This document shows positions 29,021 to 40,700 of a stretch of 64,000 nt of DNA, piece after piece. Within the stretch, counting starts at the first letter, position 1. Each line of letters opens with the position of its first letter. Origin of the DNA: Bacteroidales bacterium. Its GTDB lineage: Bacteria > Bacteroidota > Bacteroidia > Bacteroidales > GWF2-38-335. A program made the translations under genes and the position numbers. The notes beneath the pieces are model-generated. The model had not been told where the DNA came from, did not search any database, and worked only from the letters and a program-made list of their open reading frames with translations. The stretch lies in NCBI GenBank assembly GCA_016936815.1, contig JAFGXD010000029.1, positions 482 through 64,481 of the forward strand, read 5' to 3'.

Positions 29021-32000
29021 ATGAAAAATTTATTACTTGCACTTTTAGTATTTGTGTCGACCATACTAACTGCTCAATTACAATTTACCAATTACTCAAA
29101 TGTTAACGATGTAACATGTCTGCTCGAAAACGGAAACAATATTTGGGTTGGAACCACCGGAGGAATTGTGGTTAGAAATAAGAGCAACGGAAGCATTGTA
29201 AACACCTTTACTACTAACAATGGACTTTCCAATAACCATGTTAGAGATATGGAAATGGATGCCTCCGGAAGAATTTGGATAGCTACAAGCTTTGGAATTA
29301 CTGTTTACGATAATGGGTCATGGACATACTACACTCAGGAAGAAACAGGAGTTGGAGATTTTTTAATTATGGATTTGGCAATAGATTATAACAATAACGT
29401 TTGGTTAGCAGCTACTTACTATGGATTAACAAAGTTTGATGGATCGCAATGGACAAATTATTCAGAAGCTGATGGTTTACCCGATCAACATGCCAGATGT
29501 GTTGCCATTGACAATGGAGGTAATGTTTGGATTGGAACTCCAAGCGGGCTTTCTTTTTTCGATGGATTTAGTTTTGTGAATTATACTGAATCTTCTACAT
29601 CAGGCGATTTGGTTTACGACAACATAATCAACTTAAGTGTTGATAATTTGAATAATAAATGGATAACTTATTATGATTATGGTGGAATTACAAAATTTGA
29701 TGGAATAAATTGGACTACATATACTACATCTTCTACAGGTGGAGGTTTACCAAGCAATGCTACAACTTGTTCAGGTTTTGATGCTTTGGGAAATATTTGG
29801 GTTGGAACTCCTTATGGAATTTCAAAATTTAATGGAACAACATGGACTTACTGGGATGAATCAGATGGTATGGTTGAGGATAATGTTTCTTGTTTTATTG
29901 TTGATGCCGAAGGAAATAAATGGGTTGGGTCTTTTAAGGGATTAATGAGATTTAATGATAGCGATTGGAGTAGTTTTATTCAAACAAACGGCATTGCTAA
30001 CAATCTTGTGTATGATGTTCTTTCTTTAGCATCCGGAGAAACATATTTTGCAACTCAGAATGGTTTTTCAGAACTTACCGGAGCAAACTCTTGGTTAAAT
30101 TATACTAGTACAACAGGATTGCCAGCATACGCAGTTTATGGCTTAGCAAAAGACGATGCCAATAATGTTTGGTTAGCAACAAATAACGGTGTTTTTACAT
30201 ACAATGGAACTTCATTTGGAACAGTGCATTATCCGGGTTTAAACGTTAATTGCGTAACTTACGACGAATTAACAGGAAATATCTGGATTGGTTTTGGTTC
30301 TAATGGTGCAGCAGTTTATAACGGGTCAACATGGACAACATATACTACAGCCTCAGGATTAGCCGACAATATTGTTTTCGATATTGCAATACATCCCGAT
30401 GGTTCTGTTTGGTTTGCTACCTACAATGGCCTTACAAAAAAGGTTGGATCAACTTGGACAACCTACAATACATCTAATTCTGACTTGCCCCATAATTGTT
30501 GCAATGCAGTTGCTTTTGATGATGATGAAAATATTTGGATTGGAACCAACGCGATGCTTGCAAAATTCGATGGAGCATCGACATGGCAAATTTATTCTAC
30601 TGTTGATAGTTCAATTCCTAATATGTACGTTAGATCTCTAATGGTTGACAATTTAGGCAAAATTTATGCAGGTACTTTCGGAGGCTTTTCTGTTGGCGAT
30701 GGCATAAATTGGAGCATTTATAGTGTTCCTGAGGGACTTGTTGGAGAAGATGTTCTGGCAATTTCACAAAATCCTTCAACAAACGATATTTGGGTTGCTA
30801 CAGGAAATGGAGTTTCTAAAATTACTTGTACATCACCTGTAGCCGATTTTGAAGCCGATACTATTTGTTTTATTCCCGGTGCTAACCTAATTACAACTAT
30901 TACAAGTGTTTCTGAAGGTGTAGACAATAATACTCATTTTTCCTGGGATATTGGCAATGACGGAGATATTGAACATGAAGGAGAAGAAATTAATGTTATT
31001 TTTGATGGTCCCGGTACTTTTCCTGTGAAATTAATTGTGGCAAATTATCATTGTTCTTCAGAAATTATTAAGAATGTTGTAGTTAAAGAAATGCCTCAAA
31101 TTGCTCTTTCAAGCTCCGGAACCGTAAATGTTTGCGAAGGATCCGGTTTTCAAATTACAGCTCAAAATCTTGCAGATGCATCAACTATTTATGTAGAAAA
31201 CTTTAATTATTCTTCTTTAGCATTTTCAGGATGGGCTCAAGAGGGATTAGGTGCAGGAAACTGGAATTTATCCACTTCAACAAATATGGCAGGAGTTATG
31301 GCGCCAGAATTGCATTTTTACTTTAATCCAAGTTTTACAGGTGAATCAAAAATGATTAGCCCTATTATTAACACCACTGATAATTCAACCATATACCTTT
31401 CCTTCAACCATATGGTGGATCATTATGCTTCAAATTACACTATTGGGGTAAAAACAAGCTCCGATGGAACTAACTGGACTACAGTTTGGTCAAACAACGT
31501 TGGTGCCGATATTCCAACAACAGTTCAATCTGTTACAATTAGCAACTCCGATGTTGGGTCTCCAAATTTTAGATTGGCTTTTTTCTTTGAAGGAAATTCT
31601 TATAATATCGACAATTGGTACATAGATAATATTACTATTTCCAAGACTCCCGGAACTGTTTCAAGTGTTTTCTACAACTACCAATGGTCAACAGGTGAAA
31701 ATACTAATAGCATTAATGTTGAAGAATACGGTAGATACAATGTTGTTGTAAGCAACTCAGGTTGTGTTGCTTATTCGGATACTGTTGAGGTTAACTTTGT
31801 TTCCCCAATTGAAGAACAAATTTGTATGGTTACTGTTGACACTGTTTCCGGAAAAAATATTGTTGTGTGGGAAAAAACTCCAACAAATTCAATTGTTTCA
31901 TATAATGTTTATAAACTTCAGGGAAGTGGTTACACTTTACTGGCAACAATTCCATATCAGGACAGCTTAAGTGTATTTATAGACCCAACTTCGCAACCTG

Positions 32001-32983
32001 AAGTTCATGCAGATAGATATAAAATTTCAACAATTGATACTTGTGGAAATGAATCAGAACTTAGTCCGTATCACCAAACAATTAACCTTGGTGTAAGCCT
32101 TGGTACCGGTGCAACTCCTCCTATTGTTCTTGCCTGGAACGATTATGTTGATGAAGACGGCAATTTTACTCCTTTGTATTACTATATTTACAAGGGTGAA
32201 AGTCCCGGTTCTATGGAGCTATACGACTCACTAACTTACGGTTTGCCCCCAAGTTTCAACGTTATAAACCCCGGAACTTATCAGTATTACAGAGTTTCTG
32301 TTAGAAAAGACGATTTGTGTTATCCAACTTATGGTGGAGGTGCTTCTGTAAGTTGTGAATACTCTCTTGAAATGATTGATAGTTACGGCGATGGTTGGAA
32401 TGGAAATACTCTTACCTTAACTATTGGAGGAGTTCCTCAGGTATTTACCCTTGAAGCGGGTGCCGGCCCTGAAACAGTTAGTTTTACTGTAAATAGTGGG
32501 GATGAAATTTATGCTACTTTTGCAAGTGTTCAATGGCCATACGAGAATCAATATACAATTTTCGATTCCGAAGGTAATCCAATTTTTACAGACGGAACTG
32601 CAGGAACAACTGCCCCCTCTGCTAATAATACCTTTGTTGCAATTGCAAGTTGTAATGCAGCAAAAGATGTAAGCGGACCATACAGCCAGTCTGTTTCAAA
32701 TCTTGAAGACAATGGTATTGCTGTTGATATTTCAGAAAATGTAATAGGAAGGCTTTCTGTTTCTCCAAATCCTTTTTCCGATTTCACAATAATTACTATT
32801 CCGGATGAAAATGCTGGAAACTACTCTGTTAGAATTTCTGATGTAACTGGTAAAATAGTTAGAACAGAAACTAACATTTCCGGAAACAGATTCCTCTTTA
32901 AAAGGGAAAATCTGGAATCGGGTTTATATTTTGTTGAAATCAACGGTGAAAATGTTTATGTTGAAAGGGTTATAATTAAATAG
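29021..32983 (+). CDS. T9SS type A protein with two-component-regulator-type beta-propeller repeats, a PKD-like domain and further beta domains
   Basis: Many D..GN.W.GT..G...FDG..W..Y repeats; VSPNPFSD...GLYFV CTD. Confidence 0.88.
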   Translation: MKNLLLALLVFVSTILTAQLQFTNYSNVNDVTCLLENGNNIWVGTTGGIVVRNKSNGSIVNTFTTNNGLSNNHVRDMEMDASGRIWIATSFGITVYDNGSWTYYTQEETGVGDFLIMDLAIDYNNNVWLAATYYGLTKFDGSQWTNYSEADGLPDQHARCVAIDNGGNVWIGTPSGLSFFDGFSFVNYTESSTSGDLVYDNIINLSVDNLNNKWITYYDYGGITKFDGINWTTYTTSSTGGGLPSNATTCSGFDALGNIWVGTPYGISKFNGTTWTYWDESDGMVEDNVSCFIVDAEGNKWVGSFKGLMRFNDSDWSSFIQTNGIANNLVYDVLSLASGETYFATQNGFSELTGANSWLNYTSTTGLPAYAVYGLAKDDANNVWLATNNGVFTYNGTSFGTVHYPGLNVNCVTYDELTGNIWIGFGSNGAAVYNGSTWTTYTTASGLADNIVFDIAIHPDGSVWFATYNGLTKKVGSTWTTYNTSNSDLPHNCCNAVAFDDDENIWIGTNAMLAKFDGASTWQIYSTVDSSIPNMYVRSLMVDNLGKIYAGTFGGFSVGDGINWSIYSVPEGLVGEDVLAISQNPSTNDIWVATGNGVSKITCTSPVADFEADTICFIPGANLITTITSVSEGVDNNTHFSWDIGNDGDIEHEGEEINVIFDGPGTFPVKLIVANYHCSSEIIKNVVVKEMPQIALSSSGTVNVCEGSGFQITAQNLADASTIYVENFNYSSLAFSGWAQEGLGAGNWNLSTSTNMAGVMAPELHFYFNPSFTGESKMISPIINTTDNSTIYLSFNHMVDHYASNYTIGVKTSSDGTNWTTVWSNNVGADIPTTVQSVTISNSDVGSPNFRLAFFFEGNSYNIDNWYIDNITISKTPGTVSSVFYNYQWSTGENTNSINVEEYGRYNVVVSNSGCVAYSDTVEVNFVSPIEEQICMVTVDTVSGKNIVVWEKTPTNSIVSYNVYKLQGSGYTLLATIPYQDSLSVFIDPTSQPEVHADRYKISTIDTCGNESELSPYHQTINLGVSLGTGATPPIVLAWNDYVDEDGNFTPLYYYIYKGESPGSMELYDSLTYGLPPSFNVINPGTYQYYRVSVRKDDLCYPTYGGGASVSCEYSLEMIDSYGDGWNGNTLTLTIGGVPQVFTLEAGAGPETVSFTVNSGDEIYATFASVQWPYENQYTIFDSEGNPIFTDGTAGTTAPSANNTFVAIASCNAAKDVSGPYSQSVSNLEDNGIAVDISENVIGRLSVSPNPFSDFTIITIPDENAGNYSVRISDVTGKIVRTETNISGNRFLFKRENLESGLYFVEINGENVYVERVIIK

Positions 32984-33003
32984 AACTTATTCAAAAAAAA
33001 AGA

Positions 33004-33040
33004 AATAGGGTCTGACATTTTTGGCAGACCTTATTTTTTT
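33004..33040 (+). terminator. Rho-independent terminator
   Basis: AATAGGGTCTG...CAGACCTTATT stem followed by a T run. Confidence 0.75.
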
Positions 33041-33206
33041 GCTTAAACAATCAGAAACTAGGAATATCCATTATTTCTAAACTTTTTAATCAACTTTTTT
33101 AATATGTTTATAATGACTTAACATCATTTAGTCTGAAAAAGGTTTAATTAAGACAAAAATAATTGTAAATTAGCGGAAAATTAAGGTATGTAAACGAATA
33201 ACAACC

Positions 33207-33214
33207 TATCTTTG
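33207..33214 (+). promoter_or_regulatory. -7 box TATCTTTG for the glycogen operon
   Basis: TAnnTTTG consensus 30 nt upstream of ATG 33245. Confidence 0.6.
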
Positions 33215-33244
33215 CACTTCAATTCCGGAAAACTTCTAAATTGT

Positions 33245-35206
33245 ATGACTTACATAAAATTTGATAAAACCAAACTCATTAACCTAGAGTATTCACTTAA
33301 CAAAGAGCTTATTCGCTCAAATCGCGCAGGATCTTATGCAAGCACAACTGTTATTGGTGCAAACACAAGAAAATACCATGGCTTGCTAATATGTCCAATG
33401 GAAGATATTGATGGTGAAAACCATGTTTTGCTCTCATCTTTGGATATTTCAGTTCACCAACAAGGTGCCGCTTTTAATCTGGGAGTAAGGAAATACCCGG
33501 GAATTTATGAGCCAAAAGGGCATAAATATATACGGGATTTTTCTACTGAACCAATTCCTCATCAGATTTTTCGTGTTGGAGGTGTGGTTCTTAGGAGAGA
33601 AAACCTTTTGGTTGAGGAAGACGATAGAATCCTTATTAAGATAACTTTGCTTGAAGCTCATTCTCCCACAAAACTAACTTTTAAACCTTTTCTTGCCTTT
33701 AGAAAAGTACATGCTCTTTCAAAGGCAAATATGTTTGTTAATCGTAAATACAAATCGGTTGAAAATGGTATAAAAGTAAAGATGTACGACGGTTACAAGA
33801 GTCTTTTTATGCAATTTTCAAAAAAGGCAGAATATGTCCATGTGCCCGACTGGTACTATAATGTTGAATATATTGAAGAACAAAAAAGAGGATACGATTT
33901 CCGGGAAGACCTATTTGTGCCCGGTTATTTCGAGCTGCCCCTAAAAAAAGGGGAGTCTGTTGTTTTTTCTGCAGGACTTTCAGAAATAAATACTAAGACA
34001 ATTAGTAAGAAATTCGACTCCGAGGCAAAAAAACGTATTCCCAGAACAGGTTTTGAGAATTGCCTTGTAAATTCTGCACAACAGTTTATTGTAAAAAGAA
34101 ATAAGAAAACCGAAATAATTGCAGGTTTTCCATGGTTTGGCCGATGGGGAAGAGACACTTTTATTGCTCTCCCGGGGCTTACTCTTGCCCAAAATGATTT
34201 AAAAACTTGTAAAGGCGTTCTCGATACAATGTCGGCAGAAATTAAAGACGGATTATTCCCAAATATTGGTCATGGCGAACACTCTGTTCTTAACTCAGTT
34301 GATGCTCCTCTTTGGTATTTTTGGGCTTTGCAGCAATATCACGAACATATTGACGATAAAGAGCTTGTTTGGAAAGACTATGGTAAGAAAATGAAAGTTG
34401 TTCTTAATAAATTTAAGGAAGGAACTCATTTTAATATTAAGATGCACGATAATGGCCTTATTTGGTCTGGAGAACCCGGTCATGCCCTTACATGGATGGA
34501 TGCAGTTGTTCATGGCAGACCTGTTACACCGAGAATTGGCTTCGATGTGGAAATAAATGCTTTGTGGTACAATGCAGTATGCTTTACTCTTGAACTTGCA
34601 GAAAAAGCTGGCGATAAAAAGTTCGTTTCACAGTACAAAAACATTCCCAATTTAACAAAAACTTCATTCGTTGAAATGTTCTGGGATGAAAAGAAGAAAT
34701 ATCTTGCAGATTACGCTACTTATGAAGCAAAGGATTGGTCAATTAGACCTAACCAGATTTTTGCAACTTCCCTTCCTTATTCTCCGATAAATGTTGATAT
34801 TGCCGATTCTGTTTTGGAAACAGTAAGACAGGTTCTTCTTACTACAAAGGGTTTAAGAACACTTTCTCCTAGTCACCCCGATTATATTGGAAGATACGAG
34901 GGTTCTCAGGAACAGCGAGATAATGCATACCATCAAGGAACTGTTTGGCCATGGTTGCTAGGTCATTTTGCCGAAGGTATTCTCAAAATTCATGGAAAAA
35001 GCAGATTAGCTTTTGTTCAAAAACTTATTTCAAGTTTCGAGGAAGATATGTCTATGCACGGCATTGGATCAATTTCTGAGGTTTACGATGGTGATCCTCC
35101 TCATAACCCCAATGGAGCTATCTCACAAGCTTGGTCGGTGGCCGAAGTCTTAAGAATGATAAGACTTACAGAAAAATATAAAACTAAATGCGATTCAAAT
35201 AATTAA
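33245..35206 (+). CDS. Glycogen debranching enzyme (amylo-alpha-1,6-glucosidase, GH133-like)
   Basis: TRKYHGLL, AGFPWFGRWGRDTFI, TWMDA, YHQGTVWPW and SQAWSVAE motifs. Confidence 0.93.
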   Translation: MTYIKFDKTKLINLEYSLNKELIRSNRAGSYASTTVIGANTRKYHGLLICPMEDIDGENHVLLSSLDISVHQQGAAFNLGVRKYPGIYEPKGHKYIRDFSTEPIPHQIFRVGGVVLRRENLLVEEDDRILIKITLLEAHSPTKLTFKPFLAFRKVHALSKANMFVNRKYKSVENGIKVKMYDGYKSLFMQFSKKAEYVHVPDWYYNVEYIEEQKRGYDFREDLFVPGYFELPLKKGESVVFSAGLSEINTKTISKKFDSEAKKRIPRTGFENCLVNSAQQFIVKRNKKTEIIAGFPWFGRWGRDTFIALPGLTLAQNDLKTCKGVLDTMSAEIKDGLFPNIGHGEHSVLNSVDAPLWYFWALQQYHEHIDDKELVWKDYGKKMKVVLNKFKEGTHFNIKMHDNGLIWSGEPGHALTWMDAVVHGRPVTPRIGFDVEINALWYNAVCFTLELAEKAGDKKFVSQYKNIPNLTKTSFVEMFWDEKKKYLADYATYEAKDWSIRPNQIFATSLPYSPINVDIADSVLETVRQVLLTTKGLRTLSPSHPDYIGRYEGSQEQRDNAYHQGTVWPWLLGHFAEGILKIHGKSRLAFVQKLISSFEEDMSMHGIGSISEVYDGDPPHNPNGAISQAWSVAEVLRMIRLTEKYKTKCDSNN

Positions 35207-35252
35207 AAATTAATAACTTGAATACAGAATTTCAATTAATAGGTATTGGTTT

Positions 35253-36533
35253 ATGAAGGTATTAATGTTCGGATGGGAGTTTCCTCCACATATTACCGGA
35301 GGATTGGGAACAGCTTGTTATGGGCTTTCTAAAGGGCTTGCAAAGCACAATGTGGAGATGATTTTTGTTGTTCCAAAATTATATGGCGATGAAGACCAAA
35401 GTCACCTTAAACTATCTGCTGCCGGCGATGTGTCGGTTACAGAAACTTTTCTCAATTACGAAGAGTTTTGGAAGAAAATTACTTATTTAGAAGTGGGATC
35501 TTCTCTTATACCCTACATGTCGCCTGAAGAATTTGCTATGATTTATGAGGGTAAAGAGCTTTCTCATCTGGATATAAAAAAGGAGGTATACCAGAAGAAT
35601 TTCTTTTTTTCAGGTACTTATGGAAAAAATTTATTACAAGAGGTCTCCAGATACGCCTTAATTGCTTCTGTAATCGCTAATAAAAATAGTTTTGATGTTA
35701 TTCACGCTCACGATTGGTTAACATATCCGGCAGGTATTGCTGCAAAAGAAGTTTCCGGTAAGCCTTTGGTTATTCATGTGCATGCAACAGAATTCGACCG
35801 TTCCGGAGAAAATGTTAACCAAAATGTTTATGATATAGAACGACGAGGAATGGAAGTTGCCGATAAAATTATTACTGTTAGCAACCTAACTCGTCAGATT
35901 GTTATTGAAAGATACGGCATTAATCCCAATAAAATTACAACCGTTCATAATGCTGTTGAACCGGTTGATATTATTAAAACGCCTCAATATCCTAAAGGAG
36001 TTAAGGAAAAAATTGTAACTTTCTTGGGAAGAATAACTTTTCAAAAAGGCCCCGACTATTTTGTTGAAGCCGCTTATAAAGTTCTTCAAAAAGACCCAAA
36101 TGTTCGTTTCGTTATGGCTGGTTCGGGAGATATGACAAACAGAATGATAAAAAGGGTGGCTGCTCTAGGAATTGCTTCACGTTTTCATTTTGCAGGCTTT
36201 CTTAAAGGACAGGAAGTAATTGAAATGTTTAATATGTCGGATGTGTATGTAATGCCTTCTGTGTCAGAGCCTTTTGGCATCTCGCCTCTGGAAGCTATGA
36301 GAAGTAATGTTCCGGTAATTATTAGTAAACAATCCGGTGTTTCAGAAATTTTAAGACATGCTCTTAAAGTAGATTTTTGGGATATTGATGATCTTTCAGA
36401 TGCTATTTATGGTATGCTTAATTATGAGAGTCTTGGTGAAATGTTTAAGAAATTTGGTAAAGACGAGGTAGATAACCTTAAATGGGAAAATGCTGCAATT
36501 AAAGTTAAAGAAGTTTATAAATCTGTTGTTTAG
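35253..36533 (+). CDS. GT4 glycosyltransferase (putative glycogen synthase)
   Basis: GWEFPPHITGGLG, HAHDW and PSVSEPFGISPLEA motifs; operon context. Confidence 0.9.
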   Translation: MKVLMFGWEFPPHITGGLGTACYGLSKGLAKHNVEMIFVVPKLYGDEDQSHLKLSAAGDVSVTETFLNYEEFWKKITYLEVGSSLIPYMSPEEFAMIYEGKELSHLDIKKEVYQKNFFFSGTYGKNLLQEVSRYALIASVIANKNSFDVIHAHDWLTYPAGIAAKEVSGKPLVIHVHATEFDRSGENVNQNVYDIERRGMEVADKIITVSNLTRQIVIERYGINPNKITTVHNAVEPVDIIKTPQYPKGVKEKIVTFLGRITFQKGPDYFVEAAYKVLQKDPNVRFVMAGSGDMTNRMIKRVAALGIASRFHFAGFLKGQEVIEMFNMSDVYVMPSVSEPFGISPLEAMRSNVPVIISKQSGVSEILRHALKVDFWDIDDLSDAIYGMLNYESLGEMFKKFGKDEVDNLKWENAAIKVKEVYKSVV

Positions 36534-36542
36534 ATATTTGTT

Positions 36543-37730
36543 ATGCGAAAAATTTGTTTTTATTTTCAGGTTCATCAGCCGTTTAGGTTGAAAAGATATA
36601 GATTTTTTGATATTGGTAACGATCCATATTATTTCGACGAACACGCAAACCGTTCAATTATGAAAAAGGTTGCTGAAAAATGCTACCTTCCAACAAATCA
36701 GGTCTTTTTGGATTTGATAAAGATATACGGCTCAAGGTTTAAAATTTCTTATTCCATTTCAGGAGTGGCTCTCGATCAGTTTGAAATGTATGCTCCTGAA
36801 GTGCTTGAAAGTTTTAAGAGATTGGCTGAAACAGGAAATGTTGAGTTTTTGGCTGAGACCTATTCTCACTCACTTTCTGCTCTAAAAAGCCGAGAGGAAT
36901 TCGAACGTCAGGTTAAAGCTCAGTCACAAAAGATTGAACAATTCTTTGGTCAAAAACCTAAGGTGTTTAGAAATACTGAGTTAATATATTCCGACGAAAT
37001 TGGAGAAATGGTTGCAGATATGGGCTATGAAGCTATGCTTACCGAAGGTGCTAAGCATGTTTTGGGATGGAAAAGTCCAAATTATGTCTACTGTAATGCA
37101 ATAAACCCAAAACTAAAACTCTTATTGAAAAACTTTACCTTAAGCGACGATATTGCTTTTCGTTTTTCTAACAGAGCTTGGGAAGCATGGCCATTAACCG
37201 CTGATAAATTTGTGGATTGGCTTAATGCCATTGATCCAAAACAGGAAATAATAAATCTGTTTATGGATTATGAGACTTTTGGGGAACATCAATGGGCTGA
37301 AACAGGTATTTTTGAATTTTTGAAAGCATTACCTGATCAAGTTTTTGGAAAATCTAACTTTGGTTTTGCAACACCATCAGAAATAATAAAAACTTTTGAC
37401 CCGGTAGGTGCAGTTCATGTTCCTTATCCAATTTCATGGGCCGATGAGGAAAGAGACTTAACAGCATGGCTTGGAAATGAACTTCAAGACGAGGCTTTCA
37501 ATAATTTGTATTCATTTTACGAAAAAGTTAAGAAATGTGGAAACCCGGAGTTGGAGAAAGTTTGGACCTACCTTCAAACTTCCGACCATTTTTACTATAT
37601 GTGTACTAAGTGGTTTTCCGATGGCGATGTACATAAATATTTTAATCCTTATGATAGTCCTTACGAGGCTTTCATTAATTTTATGAATGTATTAAGCGAT
37701 TTTGTGATTAGACTCGATGAATGTAAATAG
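36543..37730 (+). CDS. Glycoside hydrolase family 57 (alpha-amylase-like)
   Basis: HQP, ETYSHSL, FRNTEL, FMDYETFGEHQ and SDHFYYM motifs. Confidence 0.93.
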   Translation: MRKICFYFQVHQPFRLKRYRFFDIGNDPYYFDEHANRSIMKKVAEKCYLPTNQVFLDLIKIYGSRFKISYSISGVALDQFEMYAPEVLESFKRLAETGNVEFLAETYSHSLSALKSREEFERQVKAQSQKIEQFFGQKPKVFRNTELIYSDEIGEMVADMGYEAMLTEGAKHVLGWKSPNYVYCNAINPKLKLLLKNFTLSDDIAFRFSNRAWEAWPLTADKFVDWLNAIDPKQEIINLFMDYETFGEHQWAETGIFEFLKALPDQVFGKSNFGFATPSEIIKTFDPVGAVHVPYPISWADEERDLTAWLGNELQDEAFNNLYSFYEKVKKCGNPELEKVWTYLQTSDHFYYMCTKWFSDGDVHKYFNPYDSPYEAFINFMNVLSDFVIRLDECK

Positions 37731-37760
37731 TAGATATTTAAAAGATTACATTAACTATAT

Positions 37761-40700
37761 ATGACAAAAACAAATCAAATGCTTCCAGATGCGCTTTTTG
37801 AGGTTAGCTGGGAAGTTTGTAACAAAGTTGGCGGTATTCATACTGTTATTTCAACAAAAGCAATTGCTCTTAAAGAAAAAGTAAAAAAGAAACATATATT
37901 TATTGGTCCAGATGTTTGGCGCGATACAAAAGAGAATCCGGAGTTTAAGGAAGATGAGAATATTCTTGCTGCTTGGAAAAATAAAGCAATGGAGGAAGGG
38001 CTTGCAATTAGAATAGGGCATTGGAATATTCCCGGAAATCCAATGGTTATTACTGTAGATTTTTCTTCCTTTATTAGTCAGAAAGATGAAATTTTTGCTA
38101 GATTCTGGGAAAAATATAAACTAGATTCCCTTTCAGGTCAATGGGATTATATTGAACCAATGCTTTTTGGATACGCTGCTGCAAGAGTAATTGAAAGTTA
38201 TTCAAGATTTAATCTTTCTCCAAACGATTGCATTATTGCACAGTTTCATGAATGGATGACAGGTTCCGGAATTCTTTATTTAAAGGAAAGTATGCCTCAA
38301 ATTGGCACAGTATTTACTACACATGCCACTGTTCTTGGTCGCTGCCTTGCCGGAAATGGAATGCCTTTGTACGACAAATTACCGGATTATAATGGAGAAT
38401 TTATTGCCAGAGATCTTGGTGTGGTTGCAAAATATTCTTTAGAGAAAATCTCAGGTGAACAAGCTGATGTTTTTACAACAGTTAGTGATATTACAGCCAA
38501 TGAATGCAAGTTTTTATTAGATAAAGAAGTGGATTTGGTTACTCCAAATGGTTTTGAGAATTCTTTTGTGCCTGAAGCCGGTGAATTCGAGAAAAAAGCA
38601 TCCGAGGCTAGAAAACTACTCATGAAAGTTGCCTCTGCTCTTACGGGTAACGAAATTTCTAAAGATGCTGTTATTTTAGGAACTTCCGGACGCTATGAAT
38701 TTACAAATAAAGGATACGATTTGTTTATTGATGCTTTGGGTAGTTTAAATAAAAATGAAAATCTTGAAAAAGAGATTCTTGCATTTATTTTAGTGCCTGC
38801 AAATAATTATGGACCAAGAAAACAATTGGTAAATAAACTTGCCGATTGTGGAAACACCGATCAAATTGAAGGTAATGTTCTTACTCATAATCTTCATGAT
38901 GCCGATTATGACCCAATTTTAAACAGAATTAGAGATAAAGGTCTGTTTAATAAGCTAAACGATAAAGTAAAAGTAATATTTGTGCCAAGTTACCTTAATG
39001 GCGATGATGGAATTTTTGACCTAAAATATTGGGATTTATTAATCGGCTTAGATTTAACAGTTTTTGCATCATATTACGAACCATGGGGTTACACTCCTTT
39101 GGAAAGTGTTGCTTTTGGTGTTCCAACAATAACAACAACTTTGGCAGGTTTTGGCAAATGGATGCAAAAGGAACTTGGCGAAAATCATGATGCTGTTTTC
39201 GTAATAAATAGAACAGATTCAAATGCAGGCGAGGTTGTTAATGCTATAGCCGACAAAATCCTGAAATGCTCAAAAAGACCATTAATAGACAAAATAAAAA
39301 TAAATGAATTGGCAAAAACAGCCGGATCCCATGCCTTATGGGTAAATCTTGTCGATTATTATATTAAAGCATATCATTTGGCTCTTGAAAAAGTTTCAGA
39401 AAGGAAAAGTATTTTTGCGCCTATACCTTTACTTACTGCCGAACAGAAAATAATTCCTTCAAATACTAATATTCCAAATTGGAGGAAAGTAGAGGTTTTA
39501 ACCTCACTTCCTGAATGTTTTGCCGGATTAAATGAAATTGCTCGAAACCTTTGGTGGTGCTGGAGTTTTAATGCAATGGATCTTTTCAAATTAATTGATA
39601 TCGACCTATGGCGAGAAAAAAAATATAACCCAATTGCATTTCTTGAAGATTTACCGGCTATAAGACTTAAAGAACTTGAAACAGACGATATTTTTGTTTC
39701 AAAATACAACGAGGTTTACTCTGAGTATAAGGCTTATATGCAGGAAAAGCAAAATAAAAAGTCTCCCAAAATAGCCTATTTCTCAATGGAATACGGAATG
39801 CACGATAATGTGAAAATTTTTTCCGGAGGATTGGGAATACTTGCCGGAGATTATCTTAAAGAGGCTAGCGACCAGAATGTTGATATGGTTGGTGTAGGGC
39901 TTCTTTACAGATATGGCTATTTTAAGCAAACACTTACAGTTAACGGCGAACAGCAAACTACTCTTATCCCACAGGATTTTACTAAAATGCCTTTGGAACC
40001 TTTAAGAGATAAAGATGGTAATATTCTAATTGTAAATGTGAAATTTCCCGGACGAAATGTATATATTAAAGTATGGAAACTACTTGTTGGAAGAATTGAT
40101 CTTCTGCTTCTGGATACCGACCACGATTTGAATCAGGAGGCAGATAGGAAAATTTCTCATCAACTTTACGGAGGTGGAAACGAAAATCGTTTTATGCAAG
40201 AAATGGTTCTTGGAATTGGAGGAATTAGGGTATTATCGGCTTTAGATATTAGACCGGATGTTTATCATTGTAACGAAGGACATGCTGCTTTTATTGGCCT
40301 TGAACGTCTTAGAATGCTTAGGACTAAAAGAAATCTTAAATTTAATGAAGCACTTGAAATTATTAGAGCTTCAACATTGTTTACTACTCATACTCCCGTA
40401 CCGGCCGGTCACGATATGTTCGAAGAAGATTTAATGAGAATATACATGGCGCACTATCCTGAACGCCTTAAAATTACTTGGGAAGAAATGATGAGCTTGG
40501 GGAAACTTCACCCCGGTGATAAATTTTCAATGAGTAATTTAGCAGTGCATGTTTCTCAGGAAGTTAATGGTGTTAGCTGGCTTCATGGAGAAGTTTCAAA
40601 AGAAATGTTTACAGACCTTTGGCCCGGTTATTTCCCCGAAGAAAGTCCTATCGGATTTGTTACCAATGGGGTTCATTTCGATACTTGGACTGCAAAAGCA

